From: Blastocystis sp. subtype 4
Lineage: Eukaryota
Assembly (NCBI RefSeq): GCF_000743755.1
Contig: NW_014569376.1
Coordinates: 1 to 43,108 of the forward strand
Length of the DNA stretch: 43,108 nt
Direction: 5' to 3'
In this document: piece after piece, positions 36,554 to 43,108 of the stretch
How the letters are laid out: each line of letters starts with the position of its first letter
Position numbering within the stretch: position 1 is the first letter of the stretch
Notes under the pieces: model-generated
What the model saw: only the letters and a program-made list of their open reading frames with translations
What the model was told of the DNA's origin: nothing
The model's database searches: none
Position numbers and translations under genes: made by a program

Positions 36554-36568
36554 TGTTTATTAAACAAG
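36554..36568. terminator. Near-palindromic TGTTTATTAAACAAG between convergent genes
   Basis: Lies between the MCCC2 stop (+) and the repeat-protein stop (-). Confidence 0.6.
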
Positions 36569-36610
36569 AACACGAAATACACTTATCCTCGTTGCTTCAT
36601 CTACTCATTA

Positions 36611-39600
36611 CTAATTATCTTGCTTTCTCACTGAACGACGACCATGACGACGACTGGACTTCATTACACGAGTGGTGAATGCAGGTTCTTCTTCATCAAT
36701 CATAAAACTCTCTTCTTGAACTCCTGGTGAATGAATTAAGCTACTTTCATCTGTTGCTACTTCTGAGTGATAAATTGATTCTTCAGGAGTCTTCGCTACT
36801 TTGTCAATCAAATTCTTCTTCTCAGCCAAACTATCTATCACTCTTCCATCATTCGACAAACTTTGCTTTCACAGGAGCTGAACGATGCCTACAAGAAACT
36901 CCAAAAACAATGAGAAGGACTACGATCACTCCAAGAGCGATAATCAAAGCGTTTATAGATACTGTGATCTTGCGAGAACCAGTCTCGCGAAGAGATTTGT
37001 TCTTACGTCGACGATCCTGAGCTTCGTTCAATTTAGGCTTAACAATCTTCTTAACAGATTTAGAAGGAGTTTCAGATCCTTTGGCCTGTTCTTTCTTTGC
37101 GGTTTCAATTCTGGACTTAACTTCCTTGTCAACCTTCATATCCTTAGAAGTCTCTCCTTCATTCTCATCATTCATAGGAGGCTTCTCATCATCACCCATT
37201 TCATCACCATTATCACTATCATCATTCATTGTCTTATCATTCTTAGAAGACTTATCATCTCCATCATCACCATCATCATCACCATCCTCTCCATCATCAT
37301 TCATTGTCTTCTTATCCTTCTTAGAAGACTTATCATCATCATCACCATCATCTCCATCATCACCATTATCATTCATTGTCTTCTTATCCTTCTTAGAAGA
37401 TTTATCATCTCCATCATCATCACCATCATCACTATCATCATTCATTGTCTTATCATTCTTAGAAGACTTATCATCATCATCACCATCATCATCATCTCCA
37501 TTATCATTCATTGTCTTCTTACCCTTCTTAGATTTATCATCATCATCACCATCATCTCCATCATCTCCATCATCTCCATCATCATTCATTGTCTTCTTAT
37601 CCTTCTTAAAAGATTTATCATCATCACCATCATCACCATCATCTCCATCATCACTATCATCATTCATTGTCTTATCATTCTTAGAAGACTTATCATCATC
37701 ATCACCACTATCATCATTCATTGTCTTCTTACCCTTCTTAGAAGACTTATCATCATCATCTCCATCCTCACCATCCTCACCATCCTCACCATCATCATTC
37801 ATTGTCTTCTTATCATTCTTAGAAGATTTATCATCTCCATCATCATCATCCTCACTATCATCATTCATTGTCTTCTTACCCTTCTTAGAAGATTTATCAT
37901 CATCATCATCACCATCATCTCCATCATCATTCATTGTCTTCTTATCCTTCTTAGAAGACTTATCATCATCATCACCATCATCACCATCATCTCCATCATC
38001 ACCATTATCACCATCATCACTATCATCATTCATTGTCTTATCATTCTTAGAAGACTTATCATCTCCATCATCACCATCATCATTCATTGTCTTCTTATCC
38101 TTCTTAGAAGACTTATCATCATCATCTCCATCATCATCACCATCATCTCCATCATCACCATCCTCACCATCATCATTCATTGTCTTATCATTCTTAGAAG
38201 ACTTATCATCATCATCACCATCATCATCATCTCCATTATCATTCATTGTCTTCTTACCCTTCTTAGATCATCACCATCATCTCCATTATCATTCATTGTC
38301 TTCTTATCCTTCTTAGAAGACTTATCATCATCATCACCATCATCTCCATCATCACTATCATCATTCATTGTCTTCTTATCATTCTTAGAAGATTTATCAT
38401 CTCCATCATCTCCATTATTACCATCATCACCATCATCTCCATCATCACCATTATCACCATCATCATTCATTGTCTTATCATTCTTAGAAGACTTATCATC
38501 ATCATCATCACCATCATCATCACCATCATCTCCATCATCATTCATTGTCTTCTTATCCTTCTTAGAAGATTTATCATCATTCATGGGAGGCTTCTCATCA
38601 TCACCCATTTCATCACCATTATCACCATCATCTCCATCATCATCACCATCATCATCATTTCTTGCCTTCTTATCCTTCTTAGAAGATTTATCATCTCCAT
38701 CATCATCACCATCATCATCATCATCACCATTATCATTCATTGTCTTCTTATCCTTCTTAGAAGACTTCTTATCGTCATCTCCACCATCATCACCATCATT
38801 TCCATCATCATTTCTTGCCTTCTTTCCCTTCTTAGAAGATTTATCATCATCATCATCACCCATTTCATCACCATTATCTCCATTATCACCATCATCATTC
38901 ATTGCCTTCTTATCCTTCTTAGAAGACTTCTTATCGTCATCTCCACCATCATCATCATCACCATCATCATCATTCATTGTCTTCTTTCCCTTCTTAGATT
39001 TATCCTCTCCATCATCATCATTCATTGTCTTCTTTCCCTTCTTAGAAGATTTATCATCATCACCATCATCATTTCTTGTCTTCTTACCATTCATGGGAGG
39101 CTTCTCATTATCACCCACTTCATCACCACCATCATCATCATCTCCATCATCACCATCATCATTCCTTATCTTCTTACCATTCATGGGAGGCTTCTCATCA
39201 TCATTCCCATCCTCCCCTTTACCCTTCTTGGTTTTATTAACCATTGTACTCTTCTCAACTACAACCTTACCCTCTTCGTTCCCAATCTTCTTAGAATGTA
39301 CCTTAACCTCATTTTCTTCATTGTTAGTCACTTTCTGCATTACCACAGATGATCCTTCCATTGACTCATTGAGAGATTCTTCTTCTTCAGCCTGCTCGTT
39401 ATTATCTTTCTTTGAGCCAGCTTCTCTCTTATTAATCTTTTTCGATGCAGACTTCGATAACATACTAATCTCAGGCTCAGTTTCTGTACTCTCAGTAGAT
39501 ATCTTCTTTTCCTCGCCTGAATGTTATATCAACATATCGAACAAACTCTTTTGCAATAACGACACTTTCTCCTTAGCTGAAATCAAAGAAGGAGTCTGAA

Positions 39601-39859
39601 CGCCCTTCCTTTTGGTACTATGCTTTCCTTTTACACTACGAACTACATAACGTGAGGAGTGAACGATGAAAAAACACTACTTACGATTCCGAGAACTCTG
39701 AGACACAACCGAAGAAAACTAACAATAATTATATAGAATCAAACAAACTGAATCAAAGCTCTTGGTTTCTAGTGCATCGCAACAGCAAAGAATTGCAGAA
39801 CCTACATTTATACGACACCTTATATATATACAGAATAGTAAAAACAAAATCTTCTTCAT
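36611..39859 (-). CDS. Predicted type-I membrane (surface) protein with long Asp/Lys-rich tandem repeats; apparent frameshift near 38267
   Basis: Spliced N-terminus MKKILFLLFCSAILCCCDA (signal-peptide-like), ORFs 38243-39463 and 36849-38246, TM ALIIALGVIVVLLIVFGVSC, then a 31-nt intron and a tail ending KQDN*. Confidence 0.78.
37165..39200. repeat. Coding minisatellite, roughly 25-30 variable units encoding K(K)TMNDD(G/S)D..GDD..DKSSK(K/N)(D/G), built on a (TCA)n core
   Basis: Recurrent TTCATTGTCTT(CTT)ATC.TTCTTAGAAGA.TTATCATC with variable TCA/CCA triplet runs. Confidence 0.95.
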
Positions 39860-39972
39860 TCCCCAATAAATGAATACTAAATTCTTCGATTTGGTTAATG
39901 CCCAATTCTTGGGAATTGAGTGGTAAAAACCGCGGGAATCGAAACTAGCCGATTGCAAACAAACAGTTCACT

Positions 39973-41315
39973 CTACTTTTTCTTAGTAATATGCGGAGGC
40001 CTCTGAGGAATAAAATCAACATCTTTTGTATTTACTTATCATTATTAACTAAACAAATACTTACCAACAATCCGGTTACACAATCGAAGTGTCCCCTGAT
40101 GATTGAGATACTTAAAACCAGTAACCTTCTGATTCCAAGAAATGTCAGAATACTTTGCCTTCACCGCTTTGATGTGATCTTTAAACCCATCAAATCCCTG
40201 ATGAACTCCTATCACTATGCATAAACCCAAACATGCTCCAATACAGTATTTGTTAGCACTAACCAGTTCCCCTCCTTCTAAATACATTACCCGCATCAAA
40301 CAATTATCAACAAGAATTCTTCCAACAACAATCCCATTCAAGGAGTCAAATGGAGTTGATTTGGAAAAGAGAAAGATATCCTATCATCAAATCACAATTC
40401 AATTGATACAGCACTGTCCTGATGTCGTGGCACTCCTATATCGTATCGAGTACGTAAGAAACGATCAAACTCGGAGAGACTTAACCTTGTGATGGATTCA
40501 GTGATATTTACATCTCTTACTGTCATAGCGATCTCATTCTACCAATCAGCAAGTCCATACACAAATCACAATATCACTCAGACGCGGACGTGCCTGCAAT
40601 GCTCTCTCAACCAAATAGAATAAATTCGACCCAAATAATATGTCACTGTTCACGTAACCCACATAATAACTATCAAATAACAAACGTGTCACTTCTAAAA
40701 TGTTACGAATGAACGGAAGATTATAAATATTCACTCTATTAGATAACTACTCAAATGCTTGATTACGCTGTTTCTGTTACTACTGTATGCCCAAGAGATG
40801 TGGCATATGATACAATGGATTCTGTTGATGTAAACACAACCGTATGGGTTTTGTATCTCTCAGCATACTGTGCTAGCATATATAATGTATTGGAAACAGC
40901 CACAGTAACTGTATCCTATGCATTAACTAGAATGACAAATTGAACATTCTTTGAATCAACGGTCACTGCAAATACTACAAGGAGCTTCTCACCATCAGGA
41001 TTGTAGTTGTATATAGATTGCTTTGATACATTAAAAAAGGGACTCGATATAACAGCATCATTTGGGACTGCCTTTTCCTTAGATCCACGAGAAAATGGGA
41101 TTTCATGCCTATAAACACTCATAGTTGCATAATTCCCTTCTTCTCTTGGGATCTCCTGTTTTCCTTTTCCATTTGATAGCAACTTACAGTTCCACATAAC
41201 AGAGTCGTTGATGTTATCTATCTGATTGTTACTAGGGAAAGCGGAGGATCACATTAGAAACGAAATGTATTGCTAGTAAATATACAGCAATAACTAAGAA
41301 TGGTTCGAGTCTCAT
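39973..41315 (-). CDS. Putative glycosyltransferase-like protein with N-terminal signal/anchor
   Basis: MRLEPFLVIAVYLLAIHF, NLPFIRNIL...YVGYVNSDILF (DxD-like NSD) and IVVGRILVDNCLM, resembling GT-A fold proteins. The family assignment is inference. Confidence 0.6.
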
Positions 41316-41369
41316 CGATACCGTAACTCTTCAAAACATCGAAACAAAAGTGAACATCAACAAACAAAA

Positions 41370-42968
41370 CTAATCCGTATGTATAATTGTATCCTCCTGA
41401 AGAACTCTACCAGTATTAAACTCTTCAACTTTGTAATGAAGTATTCCATCCTCTCGAATCTCAAAAGTATAACGGACAATAACAGGATCGTCTTGAATTG
41501 TCACATTATCACAAGCAAAAAACTTCAACATCTTCATCGTCTTGGGGTCCCTCAAATCTCCTTCAAAAATGTTGTCACAAAAGTAACCTTCATATATGCT
41601 CGTAATAGCATAATCCTTCACACCAGTTGCAGGAATCATGGATCCCCTCTCAATAATCGGATCATATACATTCTCTCCTCGATTACAAGTCATTGTACAC
41701 ACATCCCACTTTACTGGCTCTTCAATCGTGATGTCCCTTAAAATCTTATGATAAGCATACAATGCTGCACCTGATGAAACTACCGTATCAGGATTCACTT
41801 CCTGAGAACATCGAGAAACTCCAAACTTCTTCTCCAGACAATCATGAACCAATCGTAGTCGACTGGATCCTCCAACCAATAGAACTTTGTCCACATCATC
41901 TAGCGTATAATATGACTCGCTTATACATCGCTCTAAGATCTGAATGGTGGTCTCAATATAACCATGAATCATATCATTCAGTATCTTGAGAGTTAGTGTA
42001 TAACCATTTTCCACCATTTCAATAGGATCCTCTATCACCATCTGATACTCTTGCATCAAGAACCTGATGTAAGAATCAATATCAATCGTAGTCTCATCAG
42101 TTGAAACTAGCTCTTCTTTTGCTAAACGACAGTTCTCGGATAAATTGAACAACAAGCGATTGTAGCGAAGAAGGTTTGTTAATCGATCTTCCTCATTCAA
42201 CAAATCATCTCCTTCTGCTTCCTGGTATGAACTACGAACATAACGCACAATGTCATCATCAAAGAGTTGACCTCCAATTGTTGGGTCTCCTCCCCAATTC
42301 AGAATCTTAAGAAGGTTTCCATTTTGGACCTGGATAAGAGAAACATCCAAAGTGCCACCACCCAGATCATACACTGCATATAAACCATCTTGATCCGTAT
42401 TATGACATCCATATGCTATAGCTGCAGCGCACGGTTCATTCAGCATTCTCACTTCACAATCAACAACAGAAGCGTCAATAGCACGCTTTATCGCCACACG
42501 CTCTTCATTTTTATACATTGCAGGACAAGTAATTGCCACACACGCAATCTTGTCTTCAGTTTGCTTTCTTACCATATTCCACAACGTATTGATGATTTCC
42601 GCATAAATCTCTTCAGGATAAACTTTACGACCCAATACTGGAATCCAAAAGGCTGCATATCCATTATCACCTTCTACCACTTTTGCCTTGCAAGAAGCCA
42701 TTGCAGTCTTTACTCTTGGATCTGAAAACTTCAGTCCAATGATCCTCTTTGCATTCATTACCACATTGCCAGTATTGATTGCTGCTATGTCTTTCACAGC
42801 AGGATATCCAACAACCCTCTTTCCTCCCTCTTTGAAACATACAGCGGACCTAATAACACGTTTTCCTAGCTCATCTTCTACCACCTTCACAGAGCCGTTT
42901 GGATACAAGATACTGACACAACTATTGGTTGTACCAATATCCATACCAACATATACGTTATGTGCCAT
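41370..42968 (-). CDS. Second intronless, C-terminally truncated HSP70-like protein (532 aa)
   Basis: VGMDIGTTN, ITCPAMY, LNEPCAAAIAYG, YDLGGGTLDVS, LLVGGSSRL, VNPDTVVSSGAA. Confidence 0.92.
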   Translation of the reverse strand: MAHNVYVGMDIGTTNSCVSILYPNGSVKVVEDELGKRVIRSAVCFKEGGKRVVGYPAVKDIAAINTGNVVMNAKRIIGLKFSDPRVKTAMASCKAKVVEGDNGYAAFWIPVLGRKVYPEEIYAEIINTLWNMVRKQTEDKIACVAITCPAMYKNEERVAIKRAIDASVVDCEVRMLNEPCAAAIAYGCHNTDQDGLYAVYDLGGGTLDVSLIQVQNGNLLKILNWGGDPTIGGQLFDDDIVRYVRSSYQEAEGDDLLNEEDRLTNLLRYNRLLFNLSENCRLAKEELVSTDETTIDIDSYIRFLMQEYQMVIEDPIEMVENGYTLTLKILNDMIHGYIETTIQILERCISESYYTLDDVDKVLLVGGSSRLRLVHDCLEKKFGVSRCSQEVNPDTVVSSGAALYAYHKILRDITIEEPVKWDVCTMTCNRGENVYDPIIERGSMIPATGVKDYAITSIYEGYFCDNIFEGDLRDPKTMKMLKFFACDNVTIQDDPVIVRYTFEIREDGILHYKVEEFNTGRVLQEDTIIHTD

Positions 42969-43108
42969 CTTTTTGGACTCAAGTCCAACTCAGTTTAAGT
43001 TGCTTTCATCAAACACTTTCATAAACGACTTCATTCAACACGAATCTTATCTACATCAAATCGGACCTTGATATTCATTGCAGCCAATTCATTCACTAAA
43101 TAGCGGGT

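Noticed and set aside
37165..39200. CRISPR-like repeat/spacer appearance
   Set aside because: The variable parts are low-complexity triplet runs that keep a protein frame. The context is eukaryotic and there are no cas genes.
36885..39599. 904-aa and 411-aa plus-strand ORFs (Ile/Ser-rich)
   Set aside because: Antisense shadows of the GAT-rich repeat. The minus strand has the signal peptide, TM helix and coherent introns.
32882..42968. HSP70 pair as the ends of a mobile element
   Set aside because: No terminal repeats, target-site duplication or transposase/integrase were seen, and the enclosed MCCC2 is an ordinary housekeeping gene.

Overview
Gene-dense eukaryotic nuclear DNA, almost certainly Blastocystis (anaerobic gut stramenopile). 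This is inferred from GT-AG introns of about 30 nt, very short intergenic spacers and a TGTTTGTT element just after most gene 3' ends. I read about 21 protein-coding genes: ABCC transporter (partial), Eco1-like acetyltransferase, ear-less beta-adaptin, SMC1, ThrRS, two tandem SSUH2-like genes, PWP2, a tiny 4-exon ASDURF/prefoldin-beta-like gene missed by the ORF track, a hypothetical gene, a repeated Zn-ribbon protein, a cyclin, a SAP-domain kinase, another hypothetical gene, DUS3, a nitroreductase, WDR18/IPI3, two intronless truncated HSP70-like genes, MCCC2, a D/K-repeat type-I membrane protein and a glycosyltransferase-like gene. No RNA genes, CRISPR arrays or clear transposons were seen. 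The most notable items are an identical near-palindromic 15-mer at two convergent gene junctions (candidate bidirectional polyadenylation element), candidate poly(A)-completed stop codons, a kinase with WNK-like relocation of the catalytic lysine, the hidden ASDURF-like micro-gene, a possible intron-split start codon and the lidless HSP70 pair. All exon models were built by eye and no database searches were run.
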